The notes below the pieces were generated by a model. That model did not search any database. It was not told the DNA's origin and saw only the letters and a list, made by a program, of their open reading frames with translations. Positions 48,039-57,165 of a DNA stretch of 64,000 nt are shown here, piece by piece; the first letter of the stretch is position 1; each line of letters starts with the position of its first letter. The translations under genes were made by a program, and so were the position numbers. Origin of the DNA: a virus; the IMG/VR virus record IMGVR_UViG_3300046534_001281, positions 7,814 to 71,813 of that record; one strand, 5' to 3'.

Positions 48039-49232
48039 ATGAAAAACCTCCTCTCACAAGAAGATGCCCAAGCAATCGTTTCCAAGGCTAGCAACATCTA
48101 CGGTAGCCGTTTTGGATCAACCCTAGCCAACGTCATTAACGTTCCGCCAGTCTATGTTTCAAAGGTGAAAAAGTTCGCATCATCTGGAGACGTTACAGAC
48201 CTCCCTTCGAAGAATTGCTTCGCCAAGTTCCTCGCTTTCCTCGGCTCTTCTAATAAAGAAGCTCCGATCAAGCCAGCCAACAACCCTAGTAATTCGGCGG
48301 AATATGGTCTCGTAGTTACTCTCAAAAACAAAAAGACCAACCGGTTTGAATCTGGTGTCTCGGTTTCCGATGCGGATCTTAAAGAGCATTACAATGGTGA
48401 TCTTGGCTCGGATTCAGCTTTGACTGATGCGGAGATTTTGAATGAGATTCAAACCAACTTCAATATCGTTCGTCGCTCAGTTTCGTCAATGTTCTCCGAG
48501 AATGGTTGCGTATCTGGCCTCGTAGTGTCCGGTCCCGCTGGTTGCGGTAAGTCCTTTAACATCGAACAGCAGATTAAAGAGGAAGCAGTAAAGGCTGATA
48601 TAGACTTCAAGGTGACCCATCTCAAGGGGGCTAACATGTCCTATACTGGACTGTATTCTCTCCTCTTCAAACATCGCAACGGTGGAGTCATCGTATTTGA
48701 TGACTCCGACAAGCTTTGGGAAGACTCCGACATGCTTAACACCTTCAAGGCTGCAATGGATACGTCCTCAAAGCGTTTCCTTTCTAATGCTAGTGGTGGT
48801 CGCTGGGTTCAAGATTTGGCAGACTCCGAAGGTGTTGAACTTGAGGATGTTCGTGAGTTTGAATTCAAAGCCAAGATCATCTTCATCACCAACAAAGATA
48901 TCGGTGTTCACGTAGAAGCTAAGAAGAAGAACCATGAGCACTTCGCAGCCATCATCGACCGTTCACTCTATATTGACCTTGAGATGTTCTCACTTCGCGC
49001 CAAGTATCTCTGGTGTGAGTATGTCTTCATGGACTTTATCGCACCGCAGTTGGGATTCTCCGATGACCTTACATTGGAAGTGATGGAGTATGTTTCGGAC
49101 AATCGCTACAACCTCCGTGACGTTAGTGTTCGCGGAATTGAAATGATTGCCAAGTTCGCTGCTGATCCTGAGTTCAAAGATGGAGCTTGGAAGACTTTGA
49201 TTCGTAAGACCAAGTTCAAGAAGAACCGCTAA
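48039..49232 (+). CDS. AAA+ ATPase with N-terminal HTH-like region
   Basis: Walker A GPAGCGKS, Walker B IVFDDSD, IFITN, arginine finger IDRS. Confidence 0.85.
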   Translation: MKNLLSQEDAQAIVSKASNIYGSRFGSTLANVINVPPVYVSKVKKFASSGDVTDLPSKNCFAKFLAFLGSSNKEAPIKPANNPSNSAEYGLVVTLKNKKTNRFESGVSVSDADLKEHYNGDLGSDSALTDAEILNEIQTNFNIVRRSVSSMFSENGCVSGLVVSGPAGCGKSFNIEQQIKEEAVKADIDFKVTHLKGANMSYTGLYSLLFKHRNGGVIVFDDSDKLWEDSDMLNTFKAAMDTSSKRFLSNASGGRWVQDLADSEGVELEDVREFEFKAKIIFITNKDIGVHVEAKKKNHEHFAAIIDRSLYIDLEMFSLRAKYLWCEYVFMDFIAPQLGFSDDLTLEVMEYVSDNRYNLRDVSVRGIEMIAKFAADPEFKDGAWKTLIRKTKFKKNR

Positions 49233-49250
49233 ATTTTATCATAACACCGA

Positions 49251-49287
49251 GAATTCCCTTCAGGCTGAGTGGTCTGGAGGGAATTTT
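49251..49287. terminator. intrinsic terminator
   Basis: GAATTCCCTTCAGGC...GTCTGGAGGGAATTTT between convergent genes. Confidence 0.7.
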
Positions 49288-49313
49288 CATTTACTCGAAG
49301 GATCGAAATCGAC

Positions 49314-49973
49314 TTAATTGAGCGGATCGAAAATAACTAAACCTCCGGCGCTGTCAAAACCAAAATTTTCTTCATGGATGTCGTTTTGAGCCACCCCTTT
49401 AATCCCCATTATGGTCTGTCCAAACTCCACCACTTGGGCATATGTCCTACCATACTCCCGAAACAACGCATCTAACTCTTCAATTAAACCCCTATCTTCC
49501 GCAAAACTATCCCCTCTCATGATGTCATGAACAATTTCCTGTAAGTCCATAACTTTAGTGATAGATAATAATTCCCTACCAAATTCATAGTTACGGTCCT
49601 CATCCACCACTAGACGCTCCATAACATATAGTTCAACCTCCTCATCAAGAGAAAGACTTGCGTGTTTTAATATACGAGGGAATAAAGGATTTGATAAACT
49701 CTGCTCCTTGGAAGCAAATGTTTTGAATAGCGGATCATCAAAAGCTAGCTTAACAACATAACCGCCAGATGAACCACTATACACATCAGCAAAACTACCT
49801 CCACCGATCCATTTACCGCCAAGCTTCGTTATATATTCCGAAGCCTTATCCTTCCACTCTGAAGCACTATCAGAACTAAAACGACTCATATCAGTTAAAT
49901 CCTTAATGATCTTATTGGCCAGTGAAAGTCGCTCCTCAATCACAGTTTCGTAATAATCTTTGAATTCACCCAT
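49314..49973 (-). CDS. T7 gp0.7-like protein kinase 1 with CTS-like N-terminus
   Basis: GGGSFADVY, YVVK, YVMERL, DIHEEN, IFDP; TAAATA-N5-ATG at 49973. Confidence 0.8.
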   Translation of the reverse strand: MGEFKDYYETVIEERLSLANKIIKDLTDMSRFSSDSASEWKDKASEYITKLGGKWIGGGSFADVYSGSSGGYVVKLAFDDPLFKTFASKEQSLSNPLFPRILKHASLSLDEEVELYVMERLVVDEDRNYEFGRELLSITKVMDLQEIVHDIMRGDSFAEDRGLIEELDALFREYGRTYAQVVEFGQTIMGIKGVAQNDIHEENFGFDSAGGLVIFDPLN

Positions 49974-50175
49974 ATAACTATTTACCCCAAACAAACACCC
50001 AGATCGAAAAGCGTCAAATCCAGATATATTACAAAGAATCTCCGAAAATGACCCTAGCTGAGATTCACCAAGATTTAAACCACTTCAAGCAAGATGAAGA
50101 AAAAACTGGATTTATGGGATTTAGTTAAAGAAAGATCTTGATTTAAAACCAAAATGGGGTTAAGATCGCCTCGTT

Positions 50176-50724
50176 ATGAAAAACTCCATCACCGCAAACG
50201 AAGAGATCCAAAACTTCATCAAAGATCTTCGCGAAAAGACTGCACTTATTAGCAACATCCACATTTGCCCTGTTTCTAGCTCCGCATCATTTAGCGGTGG
50301 TTACACCCGTATCAATATTGAATTTTACCGCAAGGGTCAACGTTCAAAAGATTTCCGATCATGGGTTTCGGTTGACAAAGACGGGAAGTGGCAAGCTAAA
50401 CTCGAAGCTAAACTCGAATTAGCTAAAATTGAGCTTGACAAAGAGTTTGAACTTCGTGCTGCCCGTGAAAAGGCTATAAATGACAAAAAGGCTAAAATTG
50501 TTACCCTTGTAACCAAATATGGCACACGTTTGGTTGAGTTGGGTGTGTGGTCTTCCATTGAAGCTAGGGGGCCTTCTCGGCACCACAAGTCTAAGATTGA
50601 GGTGCAGGAGTTGTCTTCTGGTGGTCATATTTTAGTATTTCTTGGAAAGAAATTTCCAATCGACAAGTTGGAAGAATTGGCACAGGCAGAGGCAACCGTC
50701 AATGATATTCTTGAAAAGATTTAA
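50176..50724 (+). CDS. early hypothetical protein
   Basis: Early promoter GTT-ATG. Confidence 0.65.
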   Translation: MKNSITANEEIQNFIKDLREKTALISNIHICPVSSSASFSGGYTRINIEFYRKGQRSKDFRSWVSVDKDGKWQAKLEAKLELAKIELDKEFELRAAREKAINDKKAKIVTLVTKYGTRLVELGVWSSIEARGPSRHHKSKIEVQELSSGGHILVFLGKKFPIDKLEELAQAEATVNDILEKI

Positions 50725-50748
50725 AGGAAAATATATCCCCTTTACTTT

Positions 50749-50778
50749 GACAAGGTAACTAAAATGGGTTACCTTGTC
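50749..50778 (+). promoter_or_regulatory. palindromic early promoter cassette
   Basis: GACAAGGTAACT-aaaatg-GGTTACCTTGTC followed by TTCGTT-ATG (31-aa ORF 50785-50880). Confidence 0.75.
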
Positions 50779-50936
50779 TTCGTTATGAAAAACAAAGAAG
50801 CAATCGCAGTCATCATCGCAGAAGGGCGGAAGTCATTCACCGACCCTAAATTAGCTTCAGAAGCGGAACCATCATACTGATGCTGCCAGTCTTCGTGCAA
50901 TGCTTTAAACTTGCACGAGTTAGATTAAATAATACT

Positions 50937-51242
50937 ATGGACAGCACAAAAGCCAAAAAACTAATCAAAGATAATGGTGGCTCTGTATTTAAGACAGAAG
51001 ATGGATGGAGTGCAAGGCTCGCCACTTCAGATGAGTATGAACTTTTCACAGACCGCGAATTGATCAAGGTTGCTAGAGATTACTATACTTCGGAAAACAT
51101 CCGAAGCTATAAAAAATACGTTAAACAATTCGGAAGAAGGAAAAACCGCAGAGCCACTAGGGATGCTATCGCCCACGAAAACTTCGAGTCTATTCCCCCA
51201 AATAAACGGACCAAAGATGAGGATGTCTGGGGCTGGGATTAA
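50937..51242 (+). CDS. basic late hypothetical protein
   Basis: TAAATA-N5-ATG at 50937. Confidence 0.55.
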   Translation: MDSTKAKKLIKDNGGSVFKTEDGWSARLATSDEYELFTDRELIKVARDYYTSENIRSYKKYVKQFGRRKNRRATRDAIAHENFESIPPNKRTKDEDVWGWD

Positions 51243-51880
51243 GAAATCGGGTCGAATATAACCAGACCACCTTCGTTATCAAATCCGAAGTTTCCGCCAT
51301 GTGCATCATTTCTGGTGTTTCCGACTATCTTACTCAGATGCATTGCAAAGTCTCTCAAATCATCATAGCTCCGGTTCACCTGTTTTAAAACAGCATCAAC
51401 CTTATCGATTTGATCTCGGTAAAGATGTCCACCTTCAGCCAAACGAGATATGATGCCCTTTAAATCCATACCAATCTCTTCTTTAAGAGTGTCGATCAAT
51501 TTATAATTGAAGTCACGGTCAACCTTCAACCTCTGGATAATATAAACACCGATTGTTGTTGTGTCGATTTTGTATTGTTTTCCGTGTAGGATTTTAGGGA
51601 AGATTGGGTTAGCTATACCGCCAATACCTTCAAAGAATTGGTGGTAACGTCTATCGTCTTCAGATATCCTAACAACATAACCACCTGTCTTGCCGCCATA
51701 GACATCAGCAAAAATTCCACTGTCAATGTGTTCACCTTTACTAGACAGCAATCCCTCCATTTGTTTTATAAATTCTGCCACATTAGATTGGTCTAGATTG
51801 TCAATCTCTTCTACAATATGGCTTGCTATGTCAAGCCTTTCCTCTACTAGATTTTGATAATATGTCTTGAAAGAACCCAT
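51239..51880 (-). CDS. T7 gp0.7-like protein kinase 2 (Lys-to-Arg variant) with CTS-like N-terminus
   Basis: SGIFADVY, YVVR, DAHGGN, IFDP; TAATTA-N6-ATG. Confidence 0.75.
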   Translation of the reverse strand: MGSFKTYYQNLVEERLDIASHIVEEIDNLDQSNVAEFIKQMEGLLSSKGEHIDSGIFADVYGGKTGGYVVRISEDDRRYHQFFEGIGGIANPIFPKILHGKQYKIDTTTIGVYIIQRLKVDRDFNYKLIDTLKEEIGMDLKGIISRLAEGGHLYRDQIDKVDAVLKQVNRSYDDLRDFAMHLSKIVGNTRNDAHGGNFGFDNEGGLVIFDPIS

Positions 51881-52094
51881 AGTAAGTAATTACTTGAATT
51901 TTGTTTCAAATTCCCTTGACTAGTGACACAACCCAGAATACTATAAGAATATACCTTACCCCAGTAAGCGGAAAATTTAGTCAAAATAATGTAGGTAGTC
52001 TTTTATACAAAGAAACCTGATTATTTTAACAAAAAGAGACAAATAAAATACCCGTAATACTAGGGGGTGGTTACATCAGGCCAAAACAAATAAA

Positions 52095-52355
52095 ATGAAT
52101 AATACAGTGAACTATAACCCGAAGAAAACGAATGCATACACCCATCATTGTGGTGACTTGTTTGAGGATCGCAGAGATGGAGAAATCTACATATTGATTA
52201 ACTATTTCTTTGAGGCTAAACGCTTATACGGATTGTTCTGTCTTGAAGATGGCACAGTTTACGATGATGGACTGGAGCTAGTAAATGGACTACTCCCCTC
52301 CGAGGCTGTGGAAGATCTAAACCACCTTGGAAAAAGACATATCGAAATATCCTGA
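52095..52355 (+). CDS. small hypothetical protein
   Basis: ORF after a long leader. Confidence 0.55.
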   Translation: MNNTVNYNPKKTNAYTHHCGDLFEDRRDGEIYILINYFFEAKRLYGLFCLEDGTVYDDGLELVNGLLPSEAVEDLNHLGKRHIEIS

Positions 52356-52437
52356 CATTCCCTTAAATCTACACTAGAATAACTTCGATATGATTACAGT
52401 AACACCCAAAGAATTAAGAACTGTAGTGGTTTAAAGT

Positions 52438-53097
52438 ATGAGTATATTAATACCTTGGAGTGGCGGATTGGATTCGACCAAGCTGCTCATTGATGCATTG
52501 GCTGCTGGCCATACCGTCTATCCAGTCTATTTTGAATGTAAAAACAACGTTGCCAAAACCAAGAAGGAAAAGTCGGCAATCAAAAAGATCCACAAGTCTT
52601 TGATGAAACGTTATAAAGATACGCTCACGGATATCAAGTTCCCCGTAACTATATTTCTGAACGTATGCACGGAAGAGGTAACCTTGAAGCAACCTCCACT
52701 CTGGGTGTTGGGCATCATCTACTCAATCACTAAAGATATAGATGAAGTTCATATCGGTTATGTTCAGAACGACTGCGCCGTCTCTTGGATACAGGAAATC
52801 AAAAAGCTTTACCAATCTTACAAGCCGTTCACTTCCCTCAAGAAACTACCGAAACTAAAGTTTCCCCTTATTAAAGAATACAAGAATAGTATCTGGAAAT
52901 CATTAGAACATTATGACTTCGAGAGGCAGAACACTCATTTCTGTGAATATGGCGCGGATTGCGGGGAATGCGAACCTTGTAAGAGATACAAATATGATGG
53001 GTTGTTTGAAGTTTATAATAGGAACAAACCCTTAGCCTCAGCCATTAATTCAGTAGATCATTTAAACCCGATAGAAGAAACAATACAAATACCTTGA
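52438..53097 (+). CDS. queC: QueC-like PP-loop ATPase (7-cyano-7-deazaguanine synthase family)
   Basis: WSGGLDST; C-term FCE..CGECEPC Zn motif. Confidence 0.7.
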   Translation: MSILIPWSGGLDSTKLLIDALAAGHTVYPVYFECKNNVAKTKKEKSAIKKIHKSLMKRYKDTLTDIKFPVTIFLNVCTEEVTLKQPPLWVLGIIYSITKDIDEVHIGYVQNDCAVSWIQEIKKLYQSYKPFTSLKKLPKLKFPLIKEYKNSIWKSLEHYDFERQNTHFCEYGADCGECEPCKRYKYDGLFEVYNRNKPLASAINSVDHLNPIEETIQIP

Positions 53098-53351
53098 AAA
53101 ACCAAATAACAATTCAATTCCCAACAGAAGAACACGCCAAACGATTCGCTAGTTGGCTATGTAATGCAGGTGAACAAGATTACTATGAAGATATGTATGA
53201 ACAAAACCACAGACAACCTATCGAAGAAGTCAACCTATGTTATCATGGGGTAGAAGATACTGAGCTTGCCTTAAATGATGCCAAGCGTTATGGTAAATTC
53301 ATGGAAGATGGTATCGTCCGCGCCATCGGTAGAGAAAATCCCGTCTGGTAG
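53094..53351 (+). CDS. small conserved phage protein
   Basis: F.SWLCNAGEQDY. Confidence 0.6.
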   Translation: MKNQITIQFPTEEHAKRFASWLCNAGEQDYYEDMYEQNHRQPIEEVNLCYHGVEDTELALNDAKRYGKFMEDGIVRAIGRENPVW

Positions 53352-53365
53352 AAATAATTGAGCCG

Positions 53366-54106
53366 TTAACCTAATTTGGTTTGCCACTCATTCATTATAT
53401 CGTGAAACTCTTGTGTTGTCTTTGTGGTCCTGTAAGGAATGCTATCAACCTTTAGGCGACTTGTTATCTGTGAAAACTTACGTTCCGACTCAACATATTG
53501 CCAATTCACAATAGCCTCAACAACCTCATAGTTATCAACGACAACCTCATTGTATCCATATGCGGAGTCAATGAAAATGTCATGAGATGAGTAGAACTTG
53601 GATATGTTGTTCAAGAACCATGCCTCTAATGCTTTGATGTATTGATTCACATCCTTGGAACCGTCCACTATACTTTTCAAGTCGGTCTTATCTTCGATAT
53701 CCAGCCTACTATTCTTAAGAATGGTGGTAATAGGTATCCATCGCAAACCACCATTATCGGGTAGTGAACCCATATCACTCCTTCTACCAAAGAGTGCTCG
53801 CCCTTTCAAGATTAAAGCATTGCCCATACTCTGAACACCAAGAAAATTCTTTTCAAAGCTTGTGGTTGTGGATAGTTGTCTCCTTCTGGTGTTCTGACTA
53901 TCCAACACATTTATAAGACCATCCGAATCTGTGAAGTGCGCAACCAACATTGGATGGAACCAACCCAAGGCTTTTGACACAGTAGGGGTAAGCGGTAAAT
54001 TTATAGATTCCTCTTTTGAGAGATCAACAGCAGATCTTTGCCATTTAGCACTAATCTTACTTTTCTCCAAAATAAGGTCATCGTAATACTGCTTAAAGCT
54101 GGTCAT
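53366..54106 (-). CDS. putative internal head protein, ADP-ribosyltransferase-like
   Basis: TATAAATA-N5-ATG; MTSFKQYYDDLILE; AHFT, LSTT, YNEVVV. Confidence 0.5.
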   Translation of the reverse strand: MTSFKQYYDDLILEKSKISAKWQRSAVDLSKEESINLPLTPTVSKALGWFHPMLVAHFTDSDGLINVLDSQNTRRRQLSTTTSFEKNFLGVQSMGNALILKGRALFGRRSDMGSLPDNGGLRWIPITTILKNSRLDIEDKTDLKSIVDGSKDVNQYIKALEAWFLNNISKFYSSHDIFIDSAYGYNEVVVDNYEVVEAIVNWQYVESERKFSQITSRLKVDSIPYRTTKTTQEFHDIMNEWQTKLG

Positions 54107-54201
54107 ATCTTTATTTATACTAAACTCATTGACTACTAGGTTCTCGTTGTTTTAATAACTTAGTTGTATTGTTGTATTGTTTCTGTTAGCATAACGGGAC
54201 A

Positions 54202-54804
54202 ATGAACCCATTCAGAATTACCCTATTCGATGTTGAAACCACAGGATTTCTTAATAAAGACAATCGACTTGTTCAATTCGCAGCACACTCTTTGATGTTG
54301 CACCCTACCAACTTCCAAGCTTTCACGGTGCAGGAATTCTCATCTCTTGTGAAATGTGATATTCCCGTTCCAGACAGAGCCAGATCGATTCATGGAATAT
54401 CACAAGCAATGACTAGATTTGGTGTAGATGAAAAATCAATCTGCCGATGGTTCAATAATGCTTGTAATACTTCAGATTATATGGTGGCTCACAACTATAG
54501 TTTTGACCACAATTTCATGGAGGAAGTCTTCACAAGAAACAAACTCATCTTTCCAGACATTAAGAACAAGATCTGCACAATGAGAGAATCCGCCGAGTTC
54601 TGTCAGATACCCAAGAACAACAACATAACAGGTTACAAACACCCAAAGCTAATTGAACTACACCAACATCTGTTTAATGAAGGATTTGATGGAGCACACG
54701 ATGCCCTTGTAGATGTCAAGGCCACTAAGAGATGTTTGGTTGAGTTAATCGCCCAAGGCGTTATAAAACTCAACCATACCGAAGACTTACTCAGTAACAT
54801 CTAG
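54202..54804 (+). CDS. DEDDh 3'-5' exonuclease (DnaQ-like)
   Basis: FDVETTG, VAHNYSFD, AHDALVDV. Confidence 0.92.
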   Translation: MNPFRITLFDVETTGFLNKDNRLVQFAAHSLMLHPTNFQAFTVQEFSSLVKCDIPVPDRARSIHGISQAMTRFGVDEKSICRWFNNACNTSDYMVAHNYSFDHNFMEEVFTRNKLIFPDIKNKICTMRESAEFCQIPKNNNITGYKHPKLIELHQHLFNEGFDGAHDALVDVKATKRCLVELIAQGVIKLNHTEDLLSNI

Positions 54805-54835
54805 TCAGAATTAAAGCAATCAAATCTTTGTGAAG

Positions 54836-55498
54836 TTAAGAGATCGGATCGAAAAACACCAATCCACCAGAAGAGTCCAAACCAAAGTTTTCATGATGCA
54901 GGTCATTCTCATGATGACCGGTGATCTTGAAAAATAATCTGGCGAAATCATAGAATTCATCAAAAGTTCTATTATACTTCTCAAAGAATGCATCGATCTG
55001 ATCCTGTTTACCAAGAGACAGGTAATAGTATTGTTTCTTCAGTATATTCTCTATAAAATCTTCGAACCCATACTGTGATCCGGTTATATCCTCAAGCTCT
55101 CCAAGAATTGCCAAGTTTCGATTTTCGCTAACAACAAGACGCTCCAGAACATAGATGTCCATCATACGCTCCAACTGAATAGAGCGATGTTCCACTATCT
55201 TTGGAAGGAATGGATTATCATCGCCTTGAATCCCTTTATAGAATTTTCTAAATGCGGTATCGTTATTGGCAATCTTCACAACATAACCACCAGATTCACC
55301 ACCATAGACAGAAGAGAAGAAACCTTTACCTAAAAACTTACCACCCGCCTCCTTCAATATTGCTTCGGCTTGATCCATGAATTCATATTCGTGGTCTGTT
55401 TGTATATTGGATAGTTCATCGGCAATAGCAGTTGCAATGGATCGCTTTTCTAGTAAGGTGGAAAGTTGTTGATCTACAAATGATTCGAATTTACTCAT
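54836..55498 (-). CDS. T7 gp0.7-like protein kinase 3 with CTS-like N-terminus
   Basis: GKGFFSSVY, YVVK, YVLERL, DLHHEN, FFDP; TAATTA-N5-ATG at 55498. Confidence 0.8.
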   Translation of the reverse strand: MSKFESFVDQQLSTLLEKRSIATAIADELSNIQTDHEYEFMDQAEAILKEAGGKFLGKGFFSSVYGGESGGYVVKIANNDTAFRKFYKGIQGDDNPFLPKIVEHRSIQLERMMDIYVLERLVVSENRNLAILGELEDITGSQYGFEDFIENILKKQYYYLSLGKQDQIDAFFEKYNRTFDEFYDFARLFFKITGHHENDLHHENFGLDSSGGLVFFDPIS

Positions 55499-55609
55499 AA
55501 TATTAATTATCCAATCGAGGCAATGGTTCAAGGATGGTAGACTTAAACTAATTTCAGATTTAATGCAGAAAGATCTTGACGTTAATCCAAATCTAGGCTA
55601 GTATTCGGC

Positions 55610-55771
55610 ATGTCCAACCTCACCGACACAATCGCATCAGAGTCATCACCAATGGATGCAGAATACGCAATAGGTATTCTGGCCCAAAATGGAATTGAGG
55701 CATTTAAAGAATGTCTGGAAACTTTTGCGGCACCCTCCGTTGTATGTGCAATCCTAAAACTTGTAAAATGA
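55610..55771 (+). CDS. 53-aa early protein
   Basis: Leaderless ATG after TTGACG..TAGTAT; ATGA-coupled to the Nudix gene. Confidence 0.5.
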   Translation: MSNLTDTIASESSPMDAEYAIGILAQNGIEAFKECLETFAAPSVVCAILKLVK

Positions 55772-56145
55772 AGACTTTTGCAGTATTCGTAGTAGCTCTA
55801 ACCGAGAGCGGAAACTGGGCAGCAACAACCCGACCTAATGGCGGTATTGGTCTTGCTGGCGGAAAACTCGACGATGGAGAAACCCCACAAGAAGCTGCTA
55901 TTCGAGAAGCATACGAGGAGGGTTGGGTAATTTGTCCCGATAGCCTAATACTCATCCATGAGCAAGAAGTAGACGGAAAACCTGTGGAATATTATGTCTC
56001 AACCAAAACTGCCGTGATGCTGAAGGTTTGGAAGGAACAGGACAGACTGATGCCTGTTGCTGTTGATTACTACCAATTGTTGAATAGCGGGTTCGGTAAT
56101 GAGAATGCAATGCCGAAAGCAAAACTCAAACTTGAAGAATTATGA
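55768..56145 (+). CDS. Nudix hydrolase
   Basis: GGKLDDGETPQEAAIREAYEEG. Confidence 0.88.
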   Translation: MKTFAVFVVALTESGNWAATTRPNGGIGLAGGKLDDGETPQEAAIREAYEEGWVICPDSLILIHEQEVDGKPVEYYVSTKTAVMLKVWKEQDRLMPVAVDYYQLLNSGFGNENAMPKAKLKLEEL

Positions 56146-56378
56146 TTTACACTAAACAAGGCAAGGAGATTCGCCCTAGACACGGATTAACGTTGGAAGC
56201 TGGGTGTATGGTTTTTCGGGATAATAAGTGGGAAACCCTCAAAAGCGACCACATTGTCGTTATTACAACTCGTCGAGATGGATTATGCCAGTCGGTAGAG
56301 CGGGAAATCGAAATAAAAATGAAATAGATGCAGAAAGATCTTGACCCAAACTCAGTTTCGGGTTAAGGTCTTCTCGTT

Positions 56379-57089
56379 ATGAAAAATAAAGCGACCCACA
56401 ACGGAACCTGCCAGTGCTGCGGAAACTCACAAGCTGTTTCACCATTACTTAGTAACCACGGTTACACTGTAGATTTCGGTTACTTCAACGGAACCTGCCG
56501 TGGAGCCAATGCACAGCCACTGGAGGAGAGTAGAGACCTTAGCGACAAACTTGTCCTTGAACTCCGCAACGAAGCCAAAAGGCTTGCAGCGTTGACCAGC
56601 GAGAACATCAAGTCAATCACAATCAAGGTTAGCAACAACCGCTTCCGCCATGCTCGCATCGAAGCGACCGAAACGGTAAGCTCACAAGAAGAGATCAACC
56701 TTCTCTGCGAAACCCACGAACATTCCGAACTGTTCGAAGCCAATTACGGGGAAAACAGCTACCATGCGAAATATAGCGGGAACAACTTCGCAGATAAATC
56801 CAAGGCTCAACTAGAACTGTTTCACCGCCAATCTGGGTTGATGAAAGAACATGCCGAAACAATGTATGAAAGAGCAAACCTCACCACCGGCAAGAAAGCT
56901 CTTGAGCCAAGAGCAAAATCAAAGGACAAGGTTCGATTCAACATCCCTAACCGCAGGAGGCATCCAATCGACGCAAAAGCGGGTTGGGATCGTGTTGAAG
57001 CAATGAAAGAGTCTGGTGAATTCCTTCGTGTTACCACTCGTCGCGAGCGATACAACAACTCTTACAACGCTGTTGCAACTCCAAAGTAA
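56379..57089 (+). CDS. early Zn-finger-like phage protein
   Basis: GTCQCCG..HGY..GTCRG; early promoter GTT-ATG. Confidence 0.65.
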   Translation: MKNKATHNGTCQCCGNSQAVSPLLSNHGYTVDFGYFNGTCRGANAQPLEESRDLSDKLVLELRNEAKRLAALTSENIKSITIKVSNNRFRHARIEATETVSSQEEINLLCETHEHSELFEANYGENSYHAKYSGNNFADKSKAQLELFHRQSGLMKEHAETMYERANLTTGKKALEPRAKSKDKVRFNIPNRRRHPIDAKAGWDRVEAMKESGEFLRVTTRRERYNNSYNAVATPK

Positions 57090-57101
57090 AACTTAAACAA
57101 T

Positions 57102-57137
57102 AAAGAACCCCCTAATCATAAATTAGGGGGTTCTTTT
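57102..57137. terminator. bidirectional intrinsic terminator
   Basis: AAAGAACCCCCTAAT-cataa-ATTAGGGGGTTCTTTT. Confidence 0.9.
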
Positions 57138-57165
57138 GTTGACACCGTTAGTATAACTCAAGTCG

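Noticed and set aside
33934-50778. CRISPR array made of 30-bp palindromic repeats
   Set aside because: Repeats are separated by whole genes (0.4-7 kb), coincide with -35/-10 boxes, and no cas genes are seen
33900-57100. True integron, DGR or retron in the accessory array
   Set aside because: No tyrosine recombinase or reverse transcriptase motifs and no adenine-specific variable repeat pair in this window
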